A DNA stretch of 21,589 bases from Oligoflexia bacterium. Its GTDB lineage: Bacteria; Bdellovibrionota; UBA1018. This document shows positions 8,252-17,820 of this stretch, piece by piece. A program made the position numbers and the translations under genes. How positions within the stretch are numbered: position 1 is the stretch's first letter; the number at the start of each line of letters is the position of its first letter. The stretch is taken from the NCBI GenBank assembly GCA_903898645.1, contig CAIUGE010000018.1:1-21589 (forward strand), read 5' to 3'. Under the pieces are notes generated by a model. The model was given only the letters and a program-made list of their open reading frames with translations. It was not told where the DNA came from and searched no databases.

Positions 8252-8970
8252 TGCAGAACTGGGGGGTGATTCAATTACCAGCGTTGCCGCTCAGTGCTGG
8301 TTTTTGTGAGCCGCAGGCATCTGATTTTCTTGAGCATGGTATGCGACTTGTGGAAGAAGCTCGCCTGTGTGCTGGATTTGATGGGCTGTGGATCGAGAAC
8401 TACAGCGATGCTCCTTTTGGTCCTCTCCATCCTGCGGCTATTGCTGCCTGCTCTATGCTTGTTGCAGCTCTCCGTGAAACCTTTGATCAGCAATTGGGCC
8501 TTTGGATCCACGGTGATGAGCATGCGGCTCTCGGTATTGCTTCAGTAACAGGATGCACAGCAATACGTATAAGTGTTCCATCGGCTTCTTTAGTACGCAC
8601 ACGTACACAACTTGGGGCTCGAAGTGTTCAGTTTTTTGCAGATATAGTGACGCGCCCTTGGAGTCGAACAGAACAGGAGCGTCTTGTTGTGACTATTGAA
8701 GAGCTCTATTTTCGTTTTCAGGCTGATGCCATCGTTGTACGGGGTCCTGGCTTAGGTCGTGAACCTCATGATGCATCTTTGGAGTGCATCTCTGAAATAG
8801 CTCGTCGGTACGGTATTCCAGTTTTTCTTGGCAGTGGGGCACAAAAGGATCGATTGCCCGTCTTTGCTCCGTTAGTAGATGGGGTTTTTTGGGATGGGGC
8901 ACTTCGTAAAAAAGGAGAGCTTGGTGCTCCTCTTGATCGAGCTCGGGTACGGCGTATACTTAAAACATGA
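8251..8970 (+). CDS. BtpA/SgcQ-family (TIM-barrel) protein.
   Basis: VIQLPALPLSAG … GFDGLWIENYSDAPFG matches the BtpA-family signatures (HLxPLPGSP … IENFGDxPF), as recalled. RBS AGGAAAG upstream. Confidence 0.55.
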   Translation: MQNWGVIQLPALPLSAGFCEPQASDFLEHGMRLVEEARLCAGFDGLWIENYSDAPFGPLHPAAIAACSMLVAALRETFDQQLGLWIHGDEHAALGIASVTGCTAIRISVPSASLVRTRTQLGARSVQFFADIVTRPWSRTEQERLVVTIEELYFRFQADAIVVRGPGLGREPHDASLECISEIARRYGIPVFLGSGAQKDRLPVFAPLVDGVFWDGALRKKGELGAPLDRARVRRILKT

Positions 8971-10154
8971 AGACCCTTGGTCAACTTCTTCTCCGGCGGT
9001 TATCTCGTAAGCCAAAAGGGCAGACAGACAAAGGGCGAACGCCAGCTTCACAGAAGAAGAAAAAACGGTCTTCTAAAAAAATCCAGCTTTCAGTTCCTAG
9101 TCCTCAGGCACAGACGGCGCTTACCCTGGTACCCGCTTTCCGCACACAGCAAGAGCAGTCGTCGCAGACCTTGGTTACAGGCGATCTGATACGGCCGCAC
9201 GATGATCTCAAGAAATGTATTGAGGCGTTTTTGTGCGATCAGCGCTCTCCGCATACCCGTAAGGCTTATGGGAAGGATCTGAAGCGCTTTGTGCGCTTTC
9301 TTCGTATGCGTCAGCACGCCTTTGGGCTCGAACAATTGACGCGCAGTATTGTGATTGCTTACAAAGAGTACCTTTTGGCAGACGGCCTCCAGGATACGAG
9401 TGTTGATCGGCATTTGGCGACGCTCAAGAGCTTTTTCTCATGGCTTGTAGATGATGGGATTTTGATGAAAAGTCCGGCTGATGGGGTGCGCTTTCTTAAT
9501 CCCAAGCGACTTTCGACAACTAACGGATTTACAGATGAAGAGGTAGTTCGTGTGCTGCAAGCACCTAATTTGCACGCACGGTCAGGCGCTATGCACTATG
9601 CTATACTTATGGTGCTTTTTTACTGTGGCTTACGGCGCAGCGAGGTGACGCAGCTACGAGTCTCGAGCATTGGCCTTGAAAAGGGCAAGCACCATGTGCT
9701 TCGGGTGCGAGGTAAGGGCAACCAGGAGCGGATGCTGGTGCTTTTACCTACTGTATACCATGCGATTTGTTACTATCTGACGCTCTCAAGGCGGACGCCC
9801 AAGCCAGATGAGTTTTTGTTTGCACCTATCAGAAATAATCGCACCAAGGTGCTTGCGAAGGGGATAGACCCATCTATGGTATTTTACATTGTTACCAAGT
9901 ATGCGAAAAAAGCTGGCATCCAAACGCGTGTATCACCCCATTCCTGTCGAGCAACGGCAATATCTAACGCTCGCGATCATCATGTGCCAGATCGCGCGAT
10001 CCAAGAGTTTGCTGGTTGGGCATCACCTGATATGATTACACATTATGATAAGCGCCGAACCTTGATTGAAAATGCAGCAGCCTGGAGTATCCTCTATGGG
10101 AGAAATGAAAGAGATCTTCCAACGATTCGTGAAGAAAGCGACACGCCAGCATGA
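8967..10154 (+). CDS. Site-specific tyrosine recombinase, XerC/XerD family (intact catalytic residues), with an unusual Lys/Ser-rich ~80-aa N-terminal extension.
   Basis: Core-binding domain motif HTRKAYGKDLKRF. Catalytic motifs: GLRRSEV (Arg I), RGKGNQERMLVL (Lys), HSCRAT (HxxR), GWASPDMITHYDKRR (Trp and Tyr). ATGA overlap with the btpA-like stop. Confidence 0.8.
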   Translation: MKTLGQLLLRRLSRKPKGQTDKGRTPASQKKKKRSSKKIQLSVPSPQAQTALTLVPAFRTQQEQSSQTLVTGDLIRPHDDLKKCIEAFLCDQRSPHTRKAYGKDLKRFVRFLRMRQHAFGLEQLTRSIVIAYKEYLLADGLQDTSVDRHLATLKSFFSWLVDDGILMKSPADGVRFLNPKRLSTTNGFTDEEVVRVLQAPNLHARSGAMHYAILMVLFYCGLRRSEVTQLRVSSIGLEKGKHHVLRVRGKGNQERMLVLLPTVYHAICYYLTLSRRTPKPDEFLFAPIRNNRTKVLAKGIDPSMVFYIVTKYAKKAGIQTRVSPHSCRATAISNARDHHVPDRAIQEFAGWASPDMITHYDKRRTLIENAAAWSILYGRNERDLPTIREESDTPA

Positions 10155-11326
10155 ATGATCTTGTAAGTATCACAGTCCTTGGCTTTTTTTCTGGTCTCCC
10201 GCTTGCTCTCTTAAGCGGAACCATGCAGGCTTGGCTTACAGGTGCGCATGTTGATTTGACAACGATTAGCATCTTTTCGCTACTTCATATATTTTATGCC
10301 ATCAAGTTTTTCTGGGCTCCTGTTGTCGAAACGCATCAAAGACGATGGCAGATCCTGTCACAGCTCACATTGAGTTTTGGTCTTTTTATGCTTGCGAGTA
10401 TTGGTCCTGAGAGGCGCTGGGCATTTGTGGCAGCAGCATGTCTTGTCGCTTTTGCCAGTGCGACGCAGGATATTGTCATTGATGCTTATAGGTCCTATGT
10501 ACTAAAACCCCAGGACTACGGAACCGGTTCTGCTTGGGCTCAGGTGGGTTATCGCCTTGGGATGCTTGTGTCAGGCGCAGGGGCTATGATGCTTGCTGAG
10601 TATTTTAGTTGGTCGCAGATATATATATTCATGGGCTGTGTGATGCTGGGGGGGGTTCTGGCGACGCTTTGTTCGCGTGAGCCTGAGTCGCGCCGGAGCA
10701 TTCGGCCACACAGCATGCTTGAGCCATTTTTTGACATCATGAAGCGCAAGCATGCCTTCAGTTTGATGAGCTTCATTCTTCTCTATAAAAGTGACGTTGT
10801 TCTCACAGTTGCTCTTATGACGCCGTTTTTTCTTCATCTTGGCTTTGGATCTGCTGAAATTGGTATAGCTGTAAAAGGTTTTGGACTCGCTGCGACACTC
10901 CTTGGTGGCCTTGTGGGGGGCATGGGGATGGCGCGTCTTGGTTTACGGCGCGCGCTTGTGCTTTTTGGGATCCTACAGAGCCTCTCTGGGCTGAGTTTTT
11001 ATTTCCTCGCACTCTATGGCAAAATAACATGGCTTTTTTATTGTACGATTGCTCTTGAGAGTTTTTGTAGTGGTATGGGGAGTGCAACATATGCTGCCTT
11101 TTTGCTGTCTATTTGTACTCCAGCCTATGCAGCGACGCAGTTTGCCCTCGTGAGTAGCGGTATGGCTGTGACACGTACTGTCTTAGGTGCCTCCGCTGGA
11201 TTTTTAGTTACAAAACTCGATTGGCCGTGGTTTTACCTGTTCGCTATGGTGCTTGGATTGCCCGCTTTGGGGCTCCTTATGTATTTGCCATCATGGGAAG
11301 CGGCAGCAATCAAGAGGCCATTATAA
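10151..11326 (+). CDS. ampG: AmpG-family muropeptide MFS permease.
   Basis: The N-terminus LGFFSGLPLALLSGTMQAWLTG … KFFWAPVVE matches the conserved AmpG signature (LGFSSGLPxxLxxxTLQAWxT … KxLWAP). Multiple TM segments. ATGA overlap with the recombinase stop. At 391 aa it is slightly short for AmpG. Confidence 0.65.
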   Translation: MNDLVSITVLGFFSGLPLALLSGTMQAWLTGAHVDLTTISIFSLLHIFYAIKFFWAPVVETHQRRWQILSQLTLSFGLFMLASIGPERRWAFVAAACLVAFASATQDIVIDAYRSYVLKPQDYGTGSAWAQVGYRLGMLVSGAGAMMLAEYFSWSQIYIFMGCVMLGGVLATLCSREPESRRSIRPHSMLEPFFDIMKRKHAFSLMSFILLYKSDVVLTVALMTPFFLHLGFGSAEIGIAVKGFGLAATLLGGLVGGMGMARLGLRRALVLFGILQSLSGLSFYFLALYGKITWLFYCTIALESFCSGMGSATYAAFLLSICTPAYAATQFALVSSGMAVTRTVLGASAGFLVTKLDWPWFYLFAMVLGLPALGLLMYLPSWEAAAIKRPL

Positions 11327-11333
11327 GGAGATT

Positions 11334-11912
11334 ATGCTTATGAAAAATTTATTGTGGTGCTGGGTTTTTTTACTGCCTGCTTATGGGCATAAGGGTGTTC
11401 AGAATGAGCAAGGAGTGCCATCTGGTGAGCCAGGGCAATCTCCTGAGAGGTCAGGATCTTTTGGTGGATCACGGCGGGGGTCTGATAAAGAGTGTCAGTC
11501 TCATATAGGGTTTGGTTTTGTGTCATCTGTCATCGTTCTGTCAGATGGTTGGAGTACAGGTGTATTAGGAGATGAGTCATTTGGAGACCATCCGATGACA
11601 GTCGCTGAGTTTAGTGGTCATTGGAGCCCTAAGGCATTTATTAAGGTTTATAGTCAGCAAGAGTGTGAGGATTTTTTGAACGATGAGCGTTCGAGGGGCA
11701 TTCAGAAATTACGTATTCAATTAAAATTCAAAGTCATGTCCGTATTGCCCTTTGGGAATCTTCAAGAACTCATCTGCTTGGACTTGGGTGATAATGATCT
11801 GGATGTTTCAGATATGAAGTATTTTGAAGAGATTAATCACACAAATGTGACGCGACTGAAATTTAGATATAACGATTCATTGACGCAGACCTATTTAGAT
11901 AGTGTGTTTTGA
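11334..11912 (+). CDS. Secreted hypothetical protein (signal peptide MLMKNLLWCWVFLLPAYG) with one leucine-rich-repeat-like unit near the C-terminus.
   Basis: In-frame ATG at 11334 with GGAG 4 nt upstream, immediately after the ampG stop. The track's longer start at 11253 overlaps ampG and lacks an RBS. The LRR-like segment LPFGNLQELICLDLGDNDL fits LxxLxxLxLxxNxL. Confidence 0.5.
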   Translation: MLMKNLLWCWVFLLPAYGHKGVQNEQGVPSGEPGQSPERSGSFGGSRRGSDKECQSHIGFGFVSSVIVLSDGWSTGVLGDESFGDHPMTVAEFSGHWSPKAFIKVYSQQECEDFLNDERSRGIQKLRIQLKFKVMSVLPFGNLQELICLDLGDNDLDVSDMKYFEEINHTNVTRLKFRYNDSLTQTYLDSVF

Positions 11913-11945
11913 GTACCTCTACCGAGGTAGAGGTACTCAAAACAT
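11903..11945. terminator. Bidirectional intrinsic terminator: ~18-bp perfect stem with CGAG loop between convergent genes.
   Basis: GTTTTGAGTACCTCTAC (11906-11922), loop CGAG, GTAGAGGTACTCAAAAC (11927-11943). Flanking T/A pairs extend it. The stem overlaps both convergent stop codons (TGA at 11910-11912 on the plus strand and the minus-strand stop at 11945-11947). U-runs flank it on both strands (TTTT / AAAA). Confidence 0.8.
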
Positions 11946-13351
11946 CACGCTTCGTTTTTTTCTTCTGGCATGAGAGAGCCTAAGTACTTTGGTAGTTCGA
12001 GTCCTACATTTTGAGCGACGTCCTGCAGTGGAGGTATTGCTCGAACGAGACCACGAACTGCATTTGACAGAGCGTTTGCGCCATCGGTGCCTTGGCCGCT
12101 ATCCCAAATAGTGAATTTGTCGATCTTGAGGTGCTTCATCGCTTCTGTTTGAGCGCGAACAAGCTCTGGCATCTGTTCGATCGTCAATAGTGTTGGTAGT
12201 TTTTCAGCTGCAACGTGGATAAGGTTTTTGTACCCATTCGCTTTTGCATCCAGCAAAGCTTGGATACCAGTTGCTTCTGCTCGTTTTCGCATCAAAAGAC
12301 CTTCAGATTCAGCATGTGCAATTTTTAGAATTCTCGCTGACTCTGCATCGGCTTGAGTCTCGACACGGCGTCGCTCTGCATCGGCTTGAATCTGAATACG
12401 CTTTGCTTCTACTTCCTGGGTTGCGAGTGTTTCTTTTTCAAGACGCGCAACTTCTTGCTCCTTTTGTGCACGAAGTACTGCTGTATCAGCTTCAGCATTG
12501 GCAACTTCACTTTTTTGTTTTGCCTCTGCCTGTCTTACCTGCAGGTTAGCTGTGTATTCTGCAACTTCTGCTTTTGAGCGGTTTTCGCCTTTGACAGCGT
12601 CAGCATCAAGAGACGCAAGACTAACACGCTGCATCGCAATTGCTTGTGACTTGCCGACTTCTGTTTGAGCTTTTTGCTCAGCAACGGTCGTTTCTCGTTC
12701 ACGGTAGGCTTGTGCGACGCCGACCGCGCCGATTTTTTCTTGCACTGCCACTTCAATGTTTGCTCTATTGACAGCTTCGGATGCAGCCTTTTTACCTATG
12801 GCAAGAATGTAACCTGCATCATCATTCAGGTCTTTGATATTCACGTTGATCACGTGGAGGCCAATTTTCTGGAGCTCTGTATCTACGTTACTGTTGACGA
12901 GATCGACAAGCTTTTCTCGGTGCTGATTGATCTCCTCGATTCTCATGGTTGCGAGTGCTTGGCGGAATTGGCCTAAAATGATCTCAGATGCCTGGAGTTG
13001 AACACCTGCTTCACTGAGCCCTAAAAGACGCTCTGCAGCATTCATAAGAACTTCTGGGTCTGTTGATATCCCGATGGTGAAGGTAGACGGGACATGAACG
13101 CGGATATTCTCCTTTGAGAGAGCTCCTTTGAGGTCGATATCAAGAGCCATTGGGTCCAAGCTCAGATAACTGTAGTCCTGAAGGATAGGGATGATGATGG
13201 CGCCGCCACCATGAATACATTTTGCTGTTCTGTTTCCACCAATGTTCCCGAAAACAACAAGCACCCTGTTCGAGGGGCACCGCTTATAGCAGGATACAAC
13301 GAAGAGAAAGATCGCAGCGAAGAAACCACCAAATACTATTAATAATGTCAT
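11945..13351 (-). CDS. Flotillin / SPFH (band-7) domain protein, FloT/YqiK-like.
   Basis: N-terminal TM segment, then an SPFH core (VVFGNIGGNRTAKCIHGGGAIIIPILQDYSYLSLDPMALDIDLKGALSKENIRVHV). A long Ala/Glu/Lys/Gln-rich coiled coil follows (EAKQKSEVANAEADTAVLRAQKEQE…), typical of flotillins. RBS AAGGAG 7 nt upstream of the ATG. Confidence 0.85.
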   Translation of the reverse strand: MTLLIVFGGFFAAIFLFVVSCYKRCPSNRVLVVFGNIGGNRTAKCIHGGGAIIIPILQDYSYLSLDPMALDIDLKGALSKENIRVHVPSTFTIGISTDPEVLMNAAERLLGLSEAGVQLQASEIILGQFRQALATMRIEEINQHREKLVDLVNSNVDTELQKIGLHVINVNIKDLNDDAGYILAIGKKAASEAVNRANIEVAVQEKIGAVGVAQAYRERETTVAEQKAQTEVGKSQAIAMQRVSLASLDADAVKGENRSKAEVAEYTANLQVRQAEAKQKSEVANAEADTAVLRAQKEQEVARLEKETLATQEVEAKRIQIQADAERRRVETQADAESARILKIAHAESEGLLMRKRAEATGIQALLDAKANGYKNLIHVAAEKLPTLLTIEQMPELVRAQTEAMKHLKIDKFTIWDSGQGTDGANALSNAVRGLVRAIPPLQDVAQNVGLELPKYLGSLMPEEKNEA

Positions 13352-13792
13352 AAGATCTCCTTTGTCGGGAGGGTTATTAGCATGGAGTCAGTACGTATGC
13401 AAGAAAATTCTTCATTATTGTGCCATGCTGACAGCTTCCATGGATGATGTGGTAATTGGGCCGATAAAGCATTGGGGTCTTTTGAGGGACTTCTTTGTCG
13501 TTGTTGGATATCGATTTTAACATCAGAGAAGTTGGCGTCTCCTTGCATTATGTAATTCATCTGCTCGACCATGTTGCTTCAATACATGCTGACGTTTGAT
13601 CTTAGGAGTCGATGGTGTAATAAATTGTGTAGTTTTTTACATCTTCCCTCTGTCCAAGAAACATCGTCATGAGGCAAAAGAGAAGTTTCAGGCTGTACTT
13701 TAAAAAATAATCGCAAGGATATTCGTGAATCATCCATCAGTCTCTTGCGAGAGTTTTTTCGATGCACGGGGGGTATGACATAAAGCATTAGT

Positions 13793-13890
13793 GAGAGAAT
13801 CAGATTCATAAATGGGTCTCTTTGGTCGCATGAGTAGAGATGTGGAGGGTTTTGTAAAACTTAAACTCAACTGAAAAAGGGACGCACTTA
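13793..13890 (+). repeat. Copy A of a ~100-nt repeat containing a conserved 20-codon mini-ORF (13812-13874: MGLFGRMSRDVEGFVKLKLN).
   Basis: About 80% nucleotide identity to the reverse complement of 21445-21550. Shared blocks are ATGGGTCTCTTTGGYCGCATGA, GATGTGG, TAAAACTTA, TCAACTRAAAAWGGGAC, and upstream AGAATCAG. It lies 89 nt upstream of the 530-aa ORF. Confidence 0.6.
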
Positions 13891-13962
13891 TGTGTTCGGG
13901 TTGTTGGGTTTCATTGAACTCAACTATAGACAAAGTGCCTTTGGCAGGGTAAGATCGCGCCC

Positions 13963-15555
13963 ATGTATATGGGTTGGTATTTCTTAAGTGTTGTTTGTTT
14001 TTTTTCGTCCATTCCAAAATGGAGCCTTGGGTCGGGTGTCTCTGAAAAGGTGTCTTTAGATGAAGAAAAAAAAATTTCCCTTGAGCCTCGCGAAATATTG
14101 ACCCAAGTGCTTACGTTTCGTCGTTGTGATGAATTTTACATCGACTCTTTATATGGCATAATGCGTCATTACAGTAAGCTGGAAGAAGAGCTTCCGTTGG
14201 ATAAGGGCCTTCGCGTTGCGTTTTTTTCAAAACATTTTCGACAAAGAAGTTTTCGTGGAGATAGTACTCGTCTTGCAGCCCTTCGTGCAATCAATAGTGA
14301 CCTTGCTCTTTTAAAAGAGGTTCTTTTTAAGAAGAAGAGTGCATTAGACCTTCAGGAGGCGTACTATTCTTTTGAAGATATAATGAATGATTTAAAAAAA
14401 ACAGATTCAGAAATTAACGCTTCTTGGAACAAAGATCATCCTCTTTATATTTATTCTAACTATAATTTACTAAAAAGTCTTATTAGTTCATTCAAAAAAG
14501 AATATAAAGAAAATCTTCTTTACGACGACATTAAAATTCATGATAATTGCAAATGCGACGACTGCACCAAAATGCTTAAATTTTATATTGTACAATTAAA
14601 AACGGATGTTCGTAATTATTTGTTAGCATCTTTGCATGCAAAAATTAAACCTCTTGAAGCCCTTCTAAATACTTCTGATTCCGATCGATTTTCAAATACA
14701 GCATTCTTTAAGGAAAATGCTCCCTGTTTCGAATTTCTTGATTCTATGCCAAGAGCGTTGACTCGGCCACTTGAACCAGCGCTCATTTTAAAACCGCCAG
14801 TCGTCGTGCATAGGCGTGAAGCGCAAAGCGTTCCAGACAGCGTGCCCCCTGCTATAGAAAACTCCGATAAGCAGGACAGAAGTGGTGAACAGTGTTCATT
14901 AGAGGATGATTTTTTTGAAGTTGATGAGTTGGCGTTTGAGGAAGGGCAGTCCTCAGAATCTGAGGATGATATTTATAGTGTAAAAAAAGATCCTCAGTCA
15001 AAAGTAAAAAAGAAGCATAAACCATCTAGAAGGAAGGCAGCAGTAAGAGACTCTCAAAGAGTTAACGCGGATCGACGAGTGAGGGCTGGGTCGCAAAAAG
15101 ATGTCGAGGCGTATCAGAGTATAGCAGAATCTAGTCAGTCTCATTATGAACTTGTGTCGCCGTCGATTTTTCTTCCGGCACGTAGTATTGAGGTATTGAA
15201 GCATCTTGAAGTCAAGCCTTACTTGAGGCATGTTTTGATTAGTGACTATCTTAAGCTTCTTGATGACTTCATTCGATTTAATCTTGTTTGTAATAAAGGA
15301 CGATTAATTCAATCGTATTTTCAATGTAAAGCGCGGCTAGGGTCAGAATATTCTGACATACTACATCTTAATGGCGGTGAAGGTGAGTCAATTCGTATTG
15401 TCGGGACTCATGGGGTAGCAACGCAGCTCGTATTCCATTATCCTCACAGGGATTCAAAAGACGATATCCCTAAAGAGTACTTGCATTTTTTTATTCGACC
15501 ATTCAAAGAGCTTGGTGTTCAGTCTGACGCTATTACCGTTATTGATGATCGATAA
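13963..15555 (+). CDS. Hypothetical protein (530 aa) with an AT-rich middle section and an acidic-then-basic low-complexity linker. No recognisable domain.
   Basis: Long ORF with an ATG start. The linker region reads SLEDDFFEVDELAFEEGQSSESEDD…KKKHKPSRRKAAVRD. The C-terminal ~130 aa is not low-complexity (…ILHLNGGEGESIRIVGTHGVATQLVFHYPHRD…). Local AT enrichment at about 14340-14720. Confidence 0.5.
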   Translation: MYMGWYFLSVVCFFSSIPKWSLGSGVSEKVSLDEEKKISLEPREILTQVLTFRRCDEFYIDSLYGIMRHYSKLEEELPLDKGLRVAFFSKHFRQRSFRGDSTRLAALRAINSDLALLKEVLFKKKSALDLQEAYYSFEDIMNDLKKTDSEINASWNKDHPLYIYSNYNLLKSLISSFKKEYKENLLYDDIKIHDNCKCDDCTKMLKFYIVQLKTDVRNYLLASLHAKIKPLEALLNTSDSDRFSNTAFFKENAPCFEFLDSMPRALTRPLEPALILKPPVVVHRREAQSVPDSVPPAIENSDKQDRSGEQCSLEDDFFEVDELAFEEGQSSESEDDIYSVKKDPQSKVKKKHKPSRRKAAVRDSQRVNADRRVRAGSQKDVEAYQSIAESSQSHYELVSPSIFLPARSIEVLKHLEVKPYLRHVLISDYLKLLDDFIRFNLVCNKGRLIQSYFQCKARLGSEYSDILHLNGGEGESIRIVGTHGVATQLVFHYPHRDSKDDIPKEYLHFFIRPFKELGVQSDAITVIDDR

Positions 15556-15591
15556 AAATAGGTTAGAATTTTGTTCAAGAAAAGAATAAAT

Positions 15592-17229
15592 ATGATTCAA
15601 GAATTAGACGTTTTAGCTAAAGATATTAAGAAGATACGAATTTGGGATGCGCTTGTTTGGATTTTTGTTATTTTGCCAGTTATTACTGGAGGTGTATGGT
15701 ACTATTCTTCAAAACTCAAAATTGAGCTTGTTGATCCCGAAGTTACCGTTATCATTTTGGTTTTTGTGGCTTTTATATGGAAAGTTCCTTTGCAAAAGAG
15801 TTGGATATTTTTAATTCTGAAGAAGATGGGATTCTGCTGGAAAAAAAACATTAATAAAATGCCTGGGCTATTGTGGGCAGCAACAGCCGGTGTGAGTATT
15901 GTTCTTGGTTTTGCCTCTTTGAGGCGGCATTGGGCAATACATAGCTCGGCTTTTGACCTTGGTATTTTTACCAACACAATCTGGAATTTGACTCATGGCG
16001 GAGGTTATATAAGCTCACTGAAAGGTGGTCTTAATCTTTTTACTGACCATCAGTCTCCTTTGTTTTGGTTATTGGTACCATTTTTTACGCTGCTACCAAG
16101 ACCAGAGACATTGCTCGTTTTGCAGGCAATAGGATTGGCAGTAGGTGGTCCAGCAACTTATTGGTTAGGGAGGCAGTACGGCCTCGGTCAACGTAGTGCC
16201 ATACTACCTCTTTTGTATTGGGGTTACCTTCCTATGCGCGATGCAAATCTCTTTGATTTTCATCCAGAGGTATTCATGCTGCCTCTGTTTCTTTGGGCCA
16301 TTGTTGTGGCGCATAAAAAAAGCTTTTGGTCGGTACCTTTGTTTCTTGCAGCGCTTGGTGCAAAAGAATCTGCTCCCGCTGTTGCTTGTGGTATTGGGCT
16401 CGCTTGGATGTTTGGTGCAGCGCCTCGCGGTATGAAAAAAATGGGCGTTATGCTTTGCATTTTTTCAATGGTGCTGTTTGTTTTTGATACACAATGGGTG
16501 CCTCGCCACTTTGGTGCGCAGGACTATGCATACATGTCTCATTACAGTGATCTTGGTCATAATGTCTTTGAAATCATTTTGTCTCCTTTTATCTACCCAA
16601 AGTTATTTATAGATAGATTTTTTGGTCTTGCACAGTTCAGGTTCTTCTTCGGCACATTAGCTCCCCTCGGGTTGTTGCCTCTTCTGGGTTGGCCTGCATT
16701 TTTAGCTGCTATCCCTGGATACTGTATAATGTTTTTGAGTCACTCGAAGTTAGTTTTTGGTTTTCATTATGGCATTGAATGCTCGGTAGGTCTTTTTTGG
16801 GCACTGGCCCCCGCCCTGAAACGTTGGTTCTCTCTTCCGTGGATTATCTTTTGGTTCTTTGCTTTTATTGGGCGTAGCGAAATGTATGCTATAAGGTACC
16901 ATACTCCGGATACGCATGCTGTATGGTTTCGTCAAGTATTTCTTCCATGTGTTGATCCTCAGCTTTCAATTGTTGCAAGCGATGCTTTGGTTCCACATCT
17001 TTCAACTCGTCATTGGATAGGGGTCTTGCCGCATTTTGAGATCCCAGGCTCATGGGCGGCATGTGTTATTGTTGATACAGCATTTGCTAACTGGCCACTC
17101 GGCATTGAAAATGTCAAGAAATTACAATTCGAAGGATATACAAGAGAATACTCTTGTGGTTCTTTGACTGTGCTTCATCGTGATGCGTCGTGTTTGCGTT
17201 GCCAACCTCAGTGTGATGATGGTTCGTGA
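15592..17229 (+). CDS. Polytopic membrane protein, DUF2079-like (uncharacterised, possibly GT-C-related).
   Basis: At least 10 hydrophobic helices. The motifs SAFDLGIFTNTIWNLTHGGG, FTDHQSPLFWLLVPFF and LLVLQAIGLAVGGPATYW resemble my recollection of the DUF2079 family. The ATG at 15592 is preferred over the TTG at 15571. Confidence 0.5.
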   Translation: MIQELDVLAKDIKKIRIWDALVWIFVILPVITGGVWYYSSKLKIELVDPEVTVIILVFVAFIWKVPLQKSWIFLILKKMGFCWKKNINKMPGLLWAATAGVSIVLGFASLRRHWAIHSSAFDLGIFTNTIWNLTHGGGYISSLKGGLNLFTDHQSPLFWLLVPFFTLLPRPETLLVLQAIGLAVGGPATYWLGRQYGLGQRSAILPLLYWGYLPMRDANLFDFHPEVFMLPLFLWAIVVAHKKSFWSVPLFLAALGAKESAPAVACGIGLAWMFGAAPRGMKKMGVMLCIFSMVLFVFDTQWVPRHFGAQDYAYMSHYSDLGHNVFEIILSPFIYPKLFIDRFFGLAQFRFFFGTLAPLGLLPLLGWPAFLAAIPGYCIMFLSHSKLVFGFHYGIECSVGLFWALAPALKRWFSLPWIIFWFFAFIGRSEMYAIRYHTPDTHAVWFRQVFLPCVDPQLSIVASDALVPHLSTRHWIGVLPHFEIPGSWAACVIVDTAFANWPLGIENVKKLQFEGYTREYSCGSLTVLHRDASCLRCQPQCDDGS

Positions 17230-17244
17230 TCAGGAAGGCTTTTT

Positions 17245-17820
17245 ATGACTGAACCCATTCGATGCGCTTGGTGTCTCTCTGATCCTCTGTATATTCAGTA
17301 CCATGATGAGCAGTGGGGTGTCCCGGTCCATGAAGACAGGAAGCTCTTTGAGTTTCTCGTCTTAGAAGGAGCGCAGGCTGGACTGAGTTGGCTCACTGTT
17401 TTGAAAAAACGTCAAGGTTACAAAAAAGCATTTCTTGATTTTAATGTACATGCTCTAGCGAAACTTGGCGAAAATGATATCCAAGAACTGCTTTTGAATG
17501 ACGGCATTATCCGTCATCAAGGTAAAATAAGGTCTGTGATAAAAAACGCTCAAGCTTTTATCAAAGTGCAAGAAGAGTATGGTTCCTTTGATGTCTATAG
17601 CTGGAGGTTCGTTGGTGGCAAGCCGATTGTTCATTCCTTGCGAAGGCTTGAGGATATGCCCAGTGTGAGTAAAGAATCTGAAGCCTTCAGTAGAGACCTT
17701 AAACGACGAGGGTTCGTTTTTGTTGGACCAACTATTATGTATGCCTATATGCAAGCTGTTGGCATGGTGAACGATCATCTAGTTTCATGCATGAGATTTC
17801 GAACATCTTTCGAAAAGTAA
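17245..17820 (+). CDS. tag: DNA-3-methyladenine glycosylase I (Tag).
   Basis: RCAWCLSDPLYIQYHDEQWGVPVHEDRKLFEFLVLEGAQAGLSWLTVLKKRQGYKKAF matches the Tag signature (RCxWC…YHDxEWGxP…LFExLxLEGFQAGLSWxTIL). RBS AGGAAGG 9 nt upstream. Confidence 0.9.
   Translation: MTEPIRCAWCLSDPLYIQYHDEQWGVPVHEDRKLFEFLVLEGAQAGLSWLTVLKKRQGYKKAFLDFNVHALAKLGENDIQELLLNDGIIRHQGKIRSVIKNAQAFIKVQEEYGSFDVYSWRFVGGKPIVHSLRRLEDMPSVSKESEAFSRDLKRRGFVFVGPTIMYAYMQAVGMVNDHLVSCMRFRTSFEK

Noticed and set aside
12244-12976. ORFs of 73-103 aa on both strands within the flotillin gene.
   Set aside because: The coiled-coil region (GAA/GCA/CAA repeats) keeps multiple frames open, and the flotillin call is strong.
13812-13874. The 20-codon mini-ORFs (and 21466-21528) as genuine small-protein genes.
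   Set aside because: Substitutions between the two copies are not biased to third codon positions, and 9 of 20 residues differ. There is no convincing RBS. The pair is reported as a nucleotide-level repeat instead, and a coding role remains possible.
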